Positions 1 to 12,119 are shown, counted from the first letter of the stretch. The stretch: 64,000 nt of DNA from Acidobacteriota bacterium (GCA_031271905.1 JAISUT010000032.1:13887-77886), one strand, 5' to 3'. The notes: generated by a model not told the origin, from the letters alone. Program-made: numbers and translations.

Positions 1-243
1 TCGCCGGTGAAGTTGAAGGATGTGCAGGCCATGTTCTCGCGCCCGGTCATGGGGGGCTTGGACCGGCTGGGGGTGATCGCCAAGGGGACTGTCGAGGAGA
101 TCAAGCCGGAGATCGACCGGGTGATGCGCGAGGCCGCGCAGAACTTCATCCTGGGCGCCGACTGCACGGTGGACGGCAAGACCTCGTGGGAGACGTTGCG
201 CGCCGCCATCGACTACGCGCACGACTGGCGCTCGACGCACTAG
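1..243 (+). CDS. Uroporphyrinogen decarboxylase (URO-D) family protein, C-terminal fragment; gene begins upstream of the window
   Basis: ORF open to the window edge, stop TAG at 241-243; the C-terminal sequence pattern resembles the URO-D/MtaA family; partial. Confidence 0.45.
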   Translation, partial: SPVKLKDVQAMFSRPVMGGLDRLGVIAKGTVEEIKPEIDRVMREAAQNFILGADCTVDGKTSWETLRAAIDYAHDWRSTH

Positions 244-244
244 C

Positions 245-364
245 GGGAGCCTATAAAACCTCGCAGGCAAGGCGTCGCCGCAGGTCGAAAAGCGGGGTTC
301 GCCGAGGCGAATGGGCATTTTCGACCAAGGCGCGACGCGGCGCCGGGGTTTTCAGAGGCTCCCC
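245..364 (-). repeat. MITE/REP-like palindromic intergenic element, long form, reverse orientation (copy A)
   Basis: cctataaaacctcgcagGcaaggcg...ggggttttcagagg; about 120 bp; matches the other nine copies; sits between a stop codon and the next gene start. Confidence 0.85.
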
Positions 365-372
365 GGCGTCGT

Positions 373-1965
373 TTGCCGCCGGTTGTCGCAGGGGCGCATG
401 GGGGGCGTGGCGGGATGTTGAGCCTGGGGGAGTTGCAACGCGCGGCGCGTCTGGCGGCGGCGCTTCTTGAGGGGGCGCGCCTGAAACGCATCGACCAGCC
501 GGAGCCGTGCGCCTTGGTGTTCACCTTCGATCCCGGTTCGGGCAAGGCGTCGGGCCGCTTCCCGCTGCTGGTCTCCTGCCGCCCGGGATACGCCCGCATC
601 TGCCTCGCGCAACAGCCCGTGGCGCAGGCGTCCGATGCGCCCTCATCCTCTTTCCACCAGCGCCTGCGCGCCAACTGGGCGGGCAGCCGCCTGCGCGGCA
701 TCGGCGCCGCAGACGGCGACCGGAGCGTGACATTGTCCCTGGAGTCGCGCGAAGGTGCGTGCAAGGTCGTGTTCTCCATCATGGGGGCGGGCGGGGCGCG
801 CAGCAACATCTACCTGTTGGACGGGGCGGGGCGCCTGCTCCACGCCCTGCGCCCGCTTGGGGAGACGCGCAAGGAACTCGCCGTCGGCGAGGCGTGGATG
901 CCTCCGCAGGGCGGGGCGCCGTCCGCAGGGGGGGATCGGTGGGCGACGACCCCCGACGCGGAATACCTCCGCGAGGTCGCAAGGCACTATCGGGCGGCGG
1001 AGAGGCGCGGGGACGCGGAAGACCTCGCCCGGCGCATCCTGCAGGCGCTCAAAAAGGAACACGCCTTCTTAGACCGCAAGCGGCTCAACCTGCAGGAAGA
1101 CCTCGGCAGGGCGCGGCAGGCGGAGACCGACCGCCGGCGCGGGGAGCTCCTGAAAAACGTGCTCCACCTGGTGAAGCCGGGCGACGGCGAGGTCGAGGCG
1201 GTGGACTATGCGTCGGGGGAGCGGGTCGCGATCCCGCTCGACGCCCGGCTTTCGCCCGTGGAAAACCTGGAGTCCTATTTCGCCCGCTATCAGAAGGAGC
1301 AGCGCGGGGAGCGGCGCATCTTGGAGCAGTTGCGGGATGTGGACGCCTCGCGCCTGGCATTGGACGCGCTCCGGGAAAAGACGGAGGCGGCGCTGGGGCT
1401 GGAGCCCCCCGACCTCGGCGCGCTGGGCGAGGTCGCGGCGTCCCCGGCGGTGCGGCGCAGCCTGAGGCAACCCCCGCCCGCGCAAAAGCCCCCCTCCGCG
1501 CCGGGCGGGGCTTCTCCCGCCCGCGCCGCCCATGTCGCGGGCGGGGCGGGGAAGAAGGATCTGCCCGCCAAGCTGCGCCCCAAGCGCTACCGCACGGAGG
1601 AGGGGTTGGAGGTCTGGGTGGGGCGCAACGACGAGGGGAACGACTATCTGACGACGCGCCTCGCACGCGGGAACGACCTGTTCCTCCACTTGGAGGGCTA
1701 TCCGGGCAGCCACGTCATCCTGCGCACGGAGGGGCGCGCCGACCCGTCGCCCAAGGCGCTCGTGGACGCCTGCGAGCTGGCCGTGCATTACTCCAAGATG
1801 AAAAACGCCGGAAGCGCCGACGTGCATGTCGCGCCGGTCAAGGACGTCAAAAAGCCCAAAGGGGCGAAGCCGGGCCTGGTCTACGTTCGCGGCGGCAGGA
1901 GCGTCCGCCTGAAGCGCGACCCCAAGCGGCTGGAGAGGCTGCTGGCGTCGCGCCTGGACGATTGA
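373..1965 (+). CDS. NFACT-family protein (FbpA/RqcH-like ribosome quality-control homolog)
   Basis: N-terminal NFACT-N-like pattern (LGELQRAARLAAALLEGARLKRIDQPEP...) and a C-terminal NFACT-R/DUF814 signature (VWVGRNDEGNDYLTTRLARGNDLFLHLEGYPGSHVIL); start could be downstream (GTG or the Met near 415). Confidence 0.7.
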   Translation: MPPVVAGAHGGRGGMLSLGELQRAARLAAALLEGARLKRIDQPEPCALVFTFDPGSGKASGRFPLLVSCRPGYARICLAQQPVAQASDAPSSSFHQRLRANWAGSRLRGIGAADGDRSVTLSLESREGACKVVFSIMGAGGARSNIYLLDGAGRLLHALRPLGETRKELAVGEAWMPPQGGAPSAGGDRWATTPDAEYLREVARHYRAAERRGDAEDLARRILQALKKEHAFLDRKRLNLQEDLGRARQAETDRRRGELLKNVLHLVKPGDGEVEAVDYASGERVAIPLDARLSPVENLESYFARYQKEQRGERRILEQLRDVDASRLALDALREKTEAALGLEPPDLGALGEVAASPAVRRSLRQPPPAQKPPSAPGGASPARAAHVAGGAGKKDLPAKLRPKRYRTEEGLEVWVGRNDEGNDYLTTRLARGNDLFLHLEGYPGSHVILRTEGRADPSPKALVDACELAVHYSKMKNAGSADVHVAPVKDVKKPKGAKPGLVYVRGGRSVRLKRDPKRLERLLASRLDD

Positions 1966-2001
1966 CCCCGCCGGATCCGGGACGCGCCCCGTCGCGCCGG
2001 G

Positions 2002-2916
2002 TCAGGGGTGCTGCCGCCAGTGCGCCGGGACGGAGTTCTCGCTGGCGAAGCGCTCCAGCTTGTCGTAGAGCTTTTCCGCCTCCGAATATTGGTGTCGCGC
2101 CAACTTTTTGCGCTGTTCAAAACCGGCGCCGGTTTTCGCACCGTTTTCGTTCTCGATCAGGAACCGGCGCCAAGCTTCCTTCATGCCCGCGATCCTGTGG
2201 AAGTTGGAGCGCCACCAGATCTCGTCGTGCCCGCCGGGCATGTTCTGCTGCATCGGCAGCTCGTCGAACACCAGGACGTTGCGGCTGGTGTCGATGCTGA
2301 TGCGATAGCCTGCGAGGAAGTCCATCCCGACCAGCCCTTCGAAGTGCTCCGAGTTTATCGGGGTGATGGTGGCGGGGAGGAATTCCGCATAGGCGGCCCC
2401 GACCTGTATCGAATCGACCGCCGTGAGCGTGGCGGGCACCTCGCCGCCGACGCCCCCCGTCGTGACGATGAGCCCACCCTCCTCCGGGTCTATCAACCCC
2501 AGCCGTTCGGCGAGGTGCGGCGCGATGACCAGGCCCGGGGCGCCGGTGTCCAGCAGCAACGTGGTCGTGACCGATTTGTTGATGGTGACCGGGATTATGA
2601 TGCGCCGCGCCATGCCTTCATAGCCCGCATAGGGGACTTCGAAATGCCTCAACCCGTCTTCGGAAAACGTCACGGCGACGCCAGGGTCGGCAAGGTCCGC
2701 CAAGAGGGACGCGCGCGTGTCGGTGGAAAGCGCCCTGGAGCGGGTCTCGTCGCGGTATTCGGGCGGGATGCTCGAAGGGTCTTCCGTTATGTGGATGGTG
2801 CCTTCCGCGTCCTTCCAGCGGTAGAGGTCTCCGAAAGAGAAGGGTTGAAACAACGCCAGCGCGATTGCCGCCGCAAGCATGGCGCGGAGTGTAAAACTCA
2901 CCGTCCGGATTCCCAT
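2002..2916 (-). CDS. Secreted retropepsin-like (clan AA) aspartic protease
   Basis: Signal-peptide-like N-terminus; LLLDTGA aspartyl protease motif; domain context of TIGR02281-like proteins. Confidence 0.6.
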   Translation of the reverse strand: MGIRTVSFTLRAMLAAAIALALFQPFSFGDLYRWKDAEGTIHITEDPSSIPPEYRDETRSRALSTDTRASLLADLADPGVAVTFSEDGLRHFEVPYAGYEGMARRIIIPVTINKSVTTTLLLDTGAPGLVIAPHLAERLGLIDPEEGGLIVTTGGVGGEVPATLTAVDSIQVGAAYAEFLPATITPINSEHFEGLVGMDFLAGYRISIDTSRNVLVFDELPMQQNMPGGHDEIWWRSNFHRIAGMKEAWRRFLIENENGAKTGAGFEQRKKLARHQYSEAEKLYDKLERFASENSVPAHWRQHP

Positions 2917-3157
2917 AAAATCTCCAATGCTCGTTCTCGGAAACCTTGTCGGAAGAAGCGGGGAATAAATGTAGGGAAAAATGCGCGCCGCCGGCGCGCG
3001 GGGGCGCGCAGCCCCTTATGGGTGCGCGGGGCTTTCGGTGGAGGGCGCGCACCGGCGAGGTCTCCGGCGAGGCCGGTGTTGCAATCCGGCGCAGTTTCCT
3101 GTTTATAATATGGAGGCTTAGGTTCGCTTTCGACGGTTTTCTACAGGAGGATGGCAC

Positions 3158-4453
3158 ATGAGGTATCGAGTTCCCAAGGTGGTGTTTCTCGTTGTTTTCG
3201 CAACGGCGGCGACGGTCGCGATGGCGGAGGACAAGTGGGTCGCGACATGGGCGGCTTCGCCCCAGGCGGCGTCTTTCGGCTTCGCCCCGTCCAAGCCGGC
3301 GGCGGGGGCACCCAAGCCGGCACCCGCCCCGGACGCCGCGGCCAAACCGGCGGCGAAGGAGGTCGCCTCGTTTTTCGCCGTCCCCGGTCCGCTTGACGAC
3401 CAGACCGTGCGCCAGGTGGTGCGGGTGAGCGTCGGCGGCAAGAGCCTCCGCGTGAAGGTCTCCAACGCCCATGGCGCCATCCCCCTGGTCGTCGGCGCGG
3501 CGCGCGTCGCCCTGCGCGACAAGGGTTCGGCGATCAAGCCGGGCACAGACCACGCGCTGACGTTTGGCGGCAAGGCGTCGTTTTCGATCCCCCCGGGCGC
3601 GCTGGCGGTCAGCGACCCGGTGGCGCTGGCCGTCGAGCCGCTCGCGGATCTCGCCATCAGCCTGTTCGTCACCGGCGAAGAGCCGTCGCCCACGGTGCAT
3701 CTGACGGGGCTGCACACCACCTACGTCACCAAGGCGGGGGACTTCACCAAGGCGGCGGAGCTTTCGGACGTGACGACGCTCCAGGCGTGGTACTGGATTG
3801 CGGAGGTGGACGTGCTCGCCCCCGCCGATGCGGCGACGATCGTGGCGTTCGGCGACTCCATCACCGACGGCGCGACCTCCACGCCCGACAAGGATCAGAG
3901 CTGGCCGAGCCAACTGGCCGTCCGTCTGGCTGCGAACAAGGAGACCGCCCACGTCGGGATCGTGAACCACGGGATCTCGGGGAACCAGCTCTTGAGCGAC
4001 GGCGCGGGCTATTCCGCGCTGGCGCGCTTCGACCGCGACGTGCTCGCCACGCCGGGGGTGAAGTGGCTGGTGGTCCTGGAGGGGATCAACGACATCGGGA
4101 TGTCCTCCATGATGGGGGGCGAGGTCGTCAGCGCCGACGCGATCATCGGGGCGCAAAGGCAGCTCATCGACCGGGCGCACCTGCACGGCGTCAAGGTCGT
4201 CGGGGCGACGCTCCTGCCCTACGGCGGCGCGAGCTATCACAGCGAGAAGGGGGAGGCGGTGCGGCAGGCGGTCAACCAATGGATCCGCACCGGCGGCGCG
4301 TATGACGCCGTGGTCGACTTCGACGCGAAGTTGCGCGACCCCCGGAACCCGGGCGAGATGGATCCGGCGTACTACATCAACGACCACCTGCATCCGAACG
4401 ACGCCGGATACAAGCTGATGGCGGACGCCTTCGACTTGGCGATCTTCAAATAG
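3158..4453 (+). CDS. Secreted SGNH/GDSL-family hydrolase (lipase/acylhydrolase-like)
   Basis: Signal peptide; GDSxT block IVAFGDSITDG; C-terminal DxxH-like block (NDHLHPN); GGAGG-type Shine-Dalgarno sequence upstream. Confidence 0.7.
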   Translation: MRYRVPKVVFLVVFATAATVAMAEDKWVATWAASPQAASFGFAPSKPAAGAPKPAPAPDAAAKPAAKEVASFFAVPGPLDDQTVRQVVRVSVGGKSLRVKVSNAHGAIPLVVGAARVALRDKGSAIKPGTDHALTFGGKASFSIPPGALAVSDPVALAVEPLADLAISLFVTGEEPSPTVHLTGLHTTYVTKAGDFTKAAELSDVTTLQAWYWIAEVDVLAPADAATIVAFGDSITDGATSTPDKDQSWPSQLAVRLAANKETAHVGIVNHGISGNQLLSDGAGYSALARFDRDVLATPGVKWLVVLEGINDIGMSSMMGGEVVSADAIIGAQRQLIDRAHLHGVKVVGATLLPYGGASYHSEKGEAVRQAVNQWIRTGGAYDAVVDFDAKLRDPRNPGEMDPAYYINDHLHPNDAGYKLMADAFDLAIFK

Positions 4454-4515
4454 GAGACCTCTAAAAACCCCGGACGCTGCGTTGCGCCTTGTCTGCGAGC
4501 TTTTTAGAGGTCCCC
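4453..4515 (+). repeat. MITE/REP-like element, short form (copy B)
   Basis: ggagaCCTCTAAAAACCCCGGACGCTGCGTTGCGCCTTGTCTGCGAGCTTTTTAGAGGtcccc; between convergent genes. Confidence 0.9.
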
Positions 4516-4646
4516 GATAGAGACGTCCGTTTGCGGCGCGGAGCGTCTTCGGGGTGCGACGGCTTGCCACCGCGCCCCGAAGTTTCTAAAGCGTTCGCGC
4601 CGCGGATGCCGCGAAAACGGCTGTTGGCGCGCCAGTTCGGCGCCGG

Positions 4647-5048
4647 CTAGAACTTCACGACGCGCGGCTCGGGGTTCGCGAACGAGGAGAAGGTCGCCGT
4701 CGCGTCCTTGAGGTACAGCACCTGCGTGTTGGGATCGTCCACGCTGTAGCGGTCCTTCAGCATCGGATAGGCTTCCAGCATGTGCGCCTTGGCTGCGGCG
4801 CTGTCGTCGTTGACCGCCAGCGCCGCGATGCGGACCCAGGTGCCGGTCGAGGGGTCGAACGCGCTGATCTCGACCTTGGGGTTCGCCGCCATCTGCTTGG
4901 AGACCGGCTTCGACTTGCCCGTCTGGATGTAGAGCTTGCCCTCGAACAGGTCGATGGTGCCGAAAGGACGCACGCGGGGCTGGTCCCCCTCCGCCGTCGC
5001 CAACCAGTATGTGCCGACCTTCTTCACAAAATCATAGACTTCCTGCAT
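4647..5048 (-). CDS. Pyridoxamine 5'-phosphate oxidase-like FMN-binding split-barrel protein
   Basis: 133 aa; pattern typical of the PNPOx/general-stress-protein-26 family (YWLATAEGDQPRVRPF...). Confidence 0.55.
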   Translation of the reverse strand: MQEVYDFVKKVGTYWLATAEGDQPRVRPFGTIDLFEGKLYIQTGKSKPVSKQMAANPKVEISAFDPSTGTWVRIAALAVNDDSAAAKAHMLEAYPMLKDRYSVDDPNTQVLYLKDATATFSSFANPEPRVVKF

Positions 5049-5082
5049 AATGCTTCCTCCTTGGGTTATTAAACAAGTTAAA

Positions 5083-5145
5083 GGGAACCTCTAAAAACCC
5101 CGGATACTGCGTTGCGCCTTGTCTGCGAGCTTTTTAGAGGCTCTC
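5083..5145 (+). repeat. MITE/REP-like element, short form (copy C)
   Basis: Near-identical to copy B (one substitution, gacg to gata); lies between the PNPOx-like gene start and the leuS stop. Confidence 0.9.
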
Positions 5146-5186
5146 GATAAAGATCCCCTGAAAACAAAAACCGTCCGCGCCCCCCC

Positions 5187-8030
<2,844 letters not shown>

Positions 8031-8156
8031 GGTTCCCGATTCCTCCCGGCCCCGCAAGGGCGTCATGTGAAACAGCGAATGTGAATCGTAAATCGCCGGG
8101 GGGAAATCGTCAATTCAATAAGAACGCATGGACGCGACGCAGGGTGCGGCGCCGCG

Positions 8157-9200
8157 TCAGTCGAGGCGGCCTACGGCGACGAATTTGCCCGGGGTGGGAG
8201 TCCTGGCGGCTTCCGCCTCGCCACCGGGCTCGACCGACACGATGACGTTCACCACGCCCCTCGGCAGTTGGGGCGGCACATCCAGCGTGACGGCGACGCG
8301 CCCGCCCGCGTTGACGGGAACGGTTCCGACCAGGACGCGCCCTGTCGCCGCAGAGAACCATAGCCGGTAGTCCTGTCCCGCCGGCGGTCGCGAGAACGAG
8401 CCGACGACGGTGCATTCCCCCGCCTCCACGTCCCAGAGGACCAAGCCGGTGTTGTCCGGCGCCCCCGCCTCCCGTCTCAACTGCGCCACCCTCACCCCCG
8501 GTTTTCCCGCCAGGCGGGGCACCGTCCCCAGCGCCTTGATGTCGTCCAAATCAGACTGTTGCCGCTCCGACAGCCTCTCCGCATCGGCGAGCTCGGCCTG
8601 CACGGCGACGACTTGGTTCTTCAGCCTGCGGTTCTCGTCCTTCGCCGCCTCCCACGCATAGAGCGCGAATGCCGCCAACAGGGCGAATAGGACTAGGAAT
8701 ATCCAGGCGAACACGGTGGCGAGGGAGCGCCCCCGGCCGCTGGCGCCGAGGGACTGCGTGAAAAGCGGCGGGGCGACCGTGGAAGGCGCCTGCCTTTCCG
8801 CCGGTGCGGACGCAGGCTCGGAGCCGGGCTGCGGTTCCGTCGCGACGGGCGCGTCGGAGGTTTCCGGCGGCGGCGCCGATGCGGCGGGCGCCGCGCCTGA
8901 TGCGCAATCCGCCCCTGCGGCGTCCGCCGCTTCCGCCGGCTCGCCGGCGTCCTCGCCTTCCTCGCCCGCAGTCGCGATGGCGGCGAGCAATGCGGCCTTG
9001 AGCCCTTCCGGCGGCGCCACCTCCTCGGTCGCCAAGCCGATCTTCGCGACCGCGTGCTCGATCTTCTCCAACTCCGTCCTGCAAGTCGGGCACTCCCCGA
9101 GATGGAATCCGAAGCTGCTCGCCTCGTGCTGGGTCAGGAGGCCGAGGGCGTAAAGCGACGCCTGTTGCCGGACGTCTTCCGTCGCGCGTTCGTGTCTCAA
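8157..9200 (-). CDS. Zinc-finger (ZAS) anti-sigma factor, RskA-like, single-pass membrane
   Basis: HxxxCxxC motif (HLGECPTCRTE); one TM segment; RskA-like C-terminal domain; overlaps the stop of the upstream ECF sigma gene. Confidence 0.65.
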   Translation of the reverse strand: MRHERATEDVRQQASLYALGLLTQHEASSFGFHLGECPTCRTELEKIEHAVAKIGLATEEVAPPEGLKAALLAAIATAGEEGEDAGEPAEAADAAGADCASGAAPAASAPPPETSDAPVATEPQPGSEPASAPAERQAPSTVAPPLFTQSLGASGRGRSLATVFAWIFLVLFALLAAFALYAWEAAKDENRRLKNQVVAVQAELADAERLSERQQSDLDDIKALGTVPRLAGKPGVRVAQLRREAGAPDNTGLVLWDVEAGECTVVGSFSRPPAGQDYRLWFSAATGRVLVGTVPVNAGGRVAVTLDVPPQLPRGVVNVIVSVEPGGEAEAARTPTPGKFVAVGRLD

Positions 9201-9778
9201 GATGCCGCTCCTTCGTCGCCGGTCGCCGGTTCATGGATTTCGGGCGTCTTGCCCAGGCGGTTCAGCCCCATCCTGACGTGCGCCCTGACCGCTCCGACGG
9301 GCGTCCCGATGCGTCCGGCGATCTCGTCCGCGCTCAACCCGGAGAAGTATGCCCAATTCAAGACCTCGCGTTGCATGGGGGCGAGGGCTTCGAGTTGGAA
9401 GCGGGCGACTTTTTGCTCGGCGGGGGCGACGGTTCCAGGGGCGTCCAAGGACGGCGTCGCCGGCGGTTGTCGCCGGCGGCGGCTGGAGACCAACCGGGCG
9501 ACGGCGTAGGTGCGGGCGGTCTTGACCAGCCAGTCCAGCGGCTGGACCGGGGCGTCGGGGGCGGTTGACGCAGGGGAGTGCCTCCAGATGTGCGTGTAGG
9601 TGTCGAGCAGGGCTTGCGCGGCGGCTTCGGCGTCATCGAGGACTTTCGACGCCAGGCCGAACAGCAACCTGCCGGTACGGTCGTAGAGCTCGGCGAGCGC
9701 CTCCTGTTCTTTTTTCCCGATCCGCTCCAACAGCCCTGCAAGACCTTCCACGCCCGACTGACTCGAAGTTCCCGCCAT
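9197..9778 (-). CDS. ECF (extracytoplasmic function) RNA polymerase sigma-70 factor
   Basis: Sigma-70 region 2 and region 4 patterns (EALAELYDRTGRLLFGLA...; LSADEIAGRIGTPVGAVRAHVRMGLNRL); internal Met start chosen (the ORF track extends to 9913). Confidence 0.8.
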   Translation of the reverse strand: MAGTSSQSGVEGLAGLLERIGKKEQEALAELYDRTGRLLFGLASKVLDDAEAAAQALLDTYTHIWRHSPASTAPDAPVQPLDWLVKTARTYAVARLVSSRRRRQPPATPSLDAPGTVAPAEQKVARFQLEALAPMQREVLNWAYFSGLSADEIAGRIGTPVGAVRAHVRMGLNRLGKTPEIHEPATGDEGAAS

Positions 9779-9984
9779 CCCGACTTCCCCTTCCCGAACA
9801 CCCGAACAAATGAAAGGTCGTATATTACACCATTGGGATTCAAACCGCACGGGCGGCGCCGCGCCCCGGCGAAATATTGTCGGGGCGGGCGCGACATCGC
9901 CGGGGACGCCCACGCCCCTGTGCGTGTGCAGGCGAGGCGGAATCCCGGGGTGCTCGCGGGATGAAACGGACTGGCCGGAACCCG

Positions 9985-10803
9985 CTAACGGCGCGCTTTC
10001 GCCTTTTGGACCGGGGGGGGCGTCTTCTTCTTCGGCGGCGCCGGCCGCTTGGGCGAGGCCTTCGCCGGTTTTGCCGCCGTTTTGCCCGAAGGCGGCGCCG
10101 GCTTCGACGGCTTCCCCGACGCTTGCTTGCCCGCCGGTTTTGCCGCAGCCTGCTTGGCGACGGACGGCTTTGCCGCAACCGCCTTAGTTGCCGTCGCGTT
10201 GGCGGCGGCAGGTTTGGTTGTCGCAAGCTTGGCCGTCGCACCCGCCGCCTTTGGCTTCTTGGAGGCTTGGCTGGCGGCCTTGACCTCTTCCGGGTCGGGC
10301 TCTTGGACCTCCTTTTCCAAGCCTTGCAGGAGCATCCGCGCGCGCCGGATCAGGGTCGGATCACCCGCGAACGACTCTGTGATGCGCACGATGCGCGCCG
10401 CATGCGCCTTCACCAAGATGTAGAAGTCGAGCGACTGGTCGGTGACCGGCGAGCTTCGCAAAAGCCGGACGATGCGGGCGTAGATTTTCAAGATCACCGG
10501 CTCCGAGCTTTGCAGCGTCAGCTCGAAACTCTCCCGCAGGGAGACCGACTCCGTGTCGGCGGCGACCGGGCGATGCCCCTTGACCGCAGCCTCCAGCCGG
10601 TCGTCCGGCGCCTTTTTGAGCTGGTTCCAAAAGGAGTTCGGAAGTGATTTGAGCCCCTGGATTTGCAATGACACATCTTCCGACATGTCGCGCCACAGAG
10701 CCCTGATGACGCCGTTTTCCGCGAAGCGGTCCGCCAGCTTCTGGTACATCCGCTGCAGCGAGTGCTGATGCTCTGCTATGGATCCCGACAGGTTCATAAC
10801 CAA
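9985..10803 (-). CDS. Hypothetical protein with a C-terminal histone-H1-like Lys/Ala/Pro repeat tail (PhaF/AlgP-like)
   Basis: C-terminal ~90 aa of KPAAK/AKP repeats; globular N-terminal domain of unknown family. Confidence 0.5.
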   Translation of the reverse strand: MVMNLSGSIAEHQHSLQRMYQKLADRFAENGVIRALWRDMSEDVSLQIQGLKSLPNSFWNQLKKAPDDRLEAAVKGHRPVAADTESVSLRESFELTLQSSEPVILKIYARIVRLLRSSPVTDQSLDFYILVKAHAARIVRITESFAGDPTLIRRARMLLQGLEKEVQEPDPEEVKAASQASKKPKAAGATAKLATTKPAAANATATKAVAAKPSVAKQAAAKPAGKQASGKPSKPAPPSGKTAAKPAKASPKRPAPPKKKTPPPVQKAKARR

Positions 10804-10816
10804 TGTTCTCGTATCG

Positions 10817-10865
10817 GTGTCAAGGTCAACTTCTAGGGTTCAAACTTCAGGTGTTCAACTTCGGC
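10817..10865 (-). promoter_or_regulatory. Three direct repeats GAAGTT(T)GAMC upstream of the KAP-tail gene
   Basis: Minus-strand reading gaagttgaac-acct-gaagtttgaac-cctA-gaagttgacc, repeats spaced 14-15 bp, located 15-60 bp upstream of the 10803 start. Confidence 0.35.
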
Positions 10866-11070
10866 TAATTAAGAGGAGCCTTCAAGTTCGGAACTGTAGC
10901 AGACTATCTCTAGGAATGTAAAGGGTTTTCTCGCCCCCCCGGGGCTCCCCTTTGAATCCCCGGCCCTTTCCCGGGGTTTCCGGGGGGATATTCCCTTTTG
11001 CCGAAGGGGGGAGACCTGTGGCGGATGGGCGCGGGCGCCTCTGCCGGGGGCGTTCGGCCCGCATCGGGCG

Positions 11071-12027
11071 CTAGGGGGCGTCTGCGACCGCAGGTTCAAG
11101 CAATTGAATCATTTGTGCGGTTGCATCTAGGCGCACGCGCACCCCGAGCGGCAAGGTCCAGTTGTCCCCGGCGTGTCCGGCGGGGAAGTTCGCCAGAATC
11201 GGGACGCCTAGCCCCGCCAAGGCGTCTCGCACCACGTCGGTCACGGAGTACCCCCCGCCCTCCTGCTCGCAATCATGGAACCGCCCCAGCAGGATGCCCG
11301 CCACCCCGTCCAATTTCCCCGCCAGGCGCAAATGGGTGAGCATCCGGTCGATGCGGTAGGGGGGCTCGCCCACGTCCTCCAAAAACAACACCCTGCCTTC
11401 CGTCTCGACCTCGTATGCCGTGCCGAGGCTCGCCGCGACCAGCGACAGGCAACCGCCGGTCAACACCCCTTCCACCGCCCCCCGTCCCGCCGCCCAAGCC
11501 TCCGTCTCCGCGAAGCGCAGGGTCGGGAGGTAGCCGGGGTCGGTCCAGAGCGAGAGCAGGTGCCGCGCCTGCGCCTCCGGCAGGTTTCCCAGCGCGGGGC
11601 TGGCGACCATGGGGCCGTGGAAGGCGACCCATCCCCGCCGGAGGAGGAGGAGGTGCAGGGTGGTGATGTCGGAAAAGCCCATGAACACCTTGGGGCGGAT
11701 GTCGCGCAACCTTTCGTCCAGCAGGGGGACGATGCGCGCCGAGCCGTAGCCGCCGCGCAGCGCCACGACCGCCTGGACGGAGGGGTCTTCGAGCGCGCGC
11801 ACCAACCCCCCGGCCCGTTCCCCGTCGCTTCCGGCAAGGTAGCGCAGCGACTGGAAGATGCGCTCGTCGAAACGCACGCGGAACCCCAGGCGTTCCAAGG
11901 TCTCGACCCCGCGGTGGAAGGGGGCTCGCGAGGAGACCGGTCCGGCGGGGGCGACGACGGCCACGGCGTCGCCGAGCCGTAGCGCCGGGGGTTTGGTTGC
12001 GGGAACGTCCGTCCTTGGCGTTTTCAT
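11071..12027 (-). CDS. LD-carboxypeptidase (peptidase S66, LdcA-like muramoyltetrapeptide carboxypeptidase)
   Basis: S66 family pattern (VAPAGPV...LRGGYGSARIVPLLD...GFSDITTLH). Confidence 0.75.
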   Translation of the reverse strand: MKTPRTDVPATKPPALRLGDAVAVVAPAGPVSSRAPFHRGVETLERLGFRVRFDERIFQSLRYLAGSDGERAGGLVRALEDPSVQAVVALRGGYGSARIVPLLDERLRDIRPKVFMGFSDITTLHLLLLRRGWVAFHGPMVASPALGNLPEAQARHLLSLWTDPGYLPTLRFAETEAWAAGRGAVEGVLTGGCLSLVAASLGTAYEVETEGRVLFLEDVGEPPYRIDRMLTHLRLAGKLDGVAGILLGRFHDCEQEGGGYSVTDVVRDALAGLGVPILANFPAGHAGDNWTLPLGVRVRLDATAQMIQLLEPAVADAP

Positions 12028-12119
12028 CAGTGGTAAGATACGTCTTGGCTCGCGAAAATGCTAGGATTTAGCTCTGCCGGGAGCTTTGCCGGGAACCGGA
12101 TTGGAAAGGAAACGCAGAC

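Noticed and set aside
4453-4515. Recurrent peptide LKSSQTRRNAASGVFRG / SGVFRG at the ends of several ORF-track proteins (2618-4570, 5078-5389, 18552-18761, 31563-31862, 40676-40960, 49851-50129)
   Set aside because: These are translations of the dispersed repeat element and not a conserved protein domain. The ORFs cross gene boundaries and repeat copies.
9779-9913. The N-terminal 45-aa extensions on the ECF sigma gene (from 9913), and similar long N-terminal extensions on panB (to 17069), modB (from 20168), thiD (from 49165) and the TBDR (from 54971)
   Set aside because: The extensions lack homology patterns. Internal Met codons with Shine-Dalgarno-like sequences, or alignment to the expected family N-termini, give better starts.
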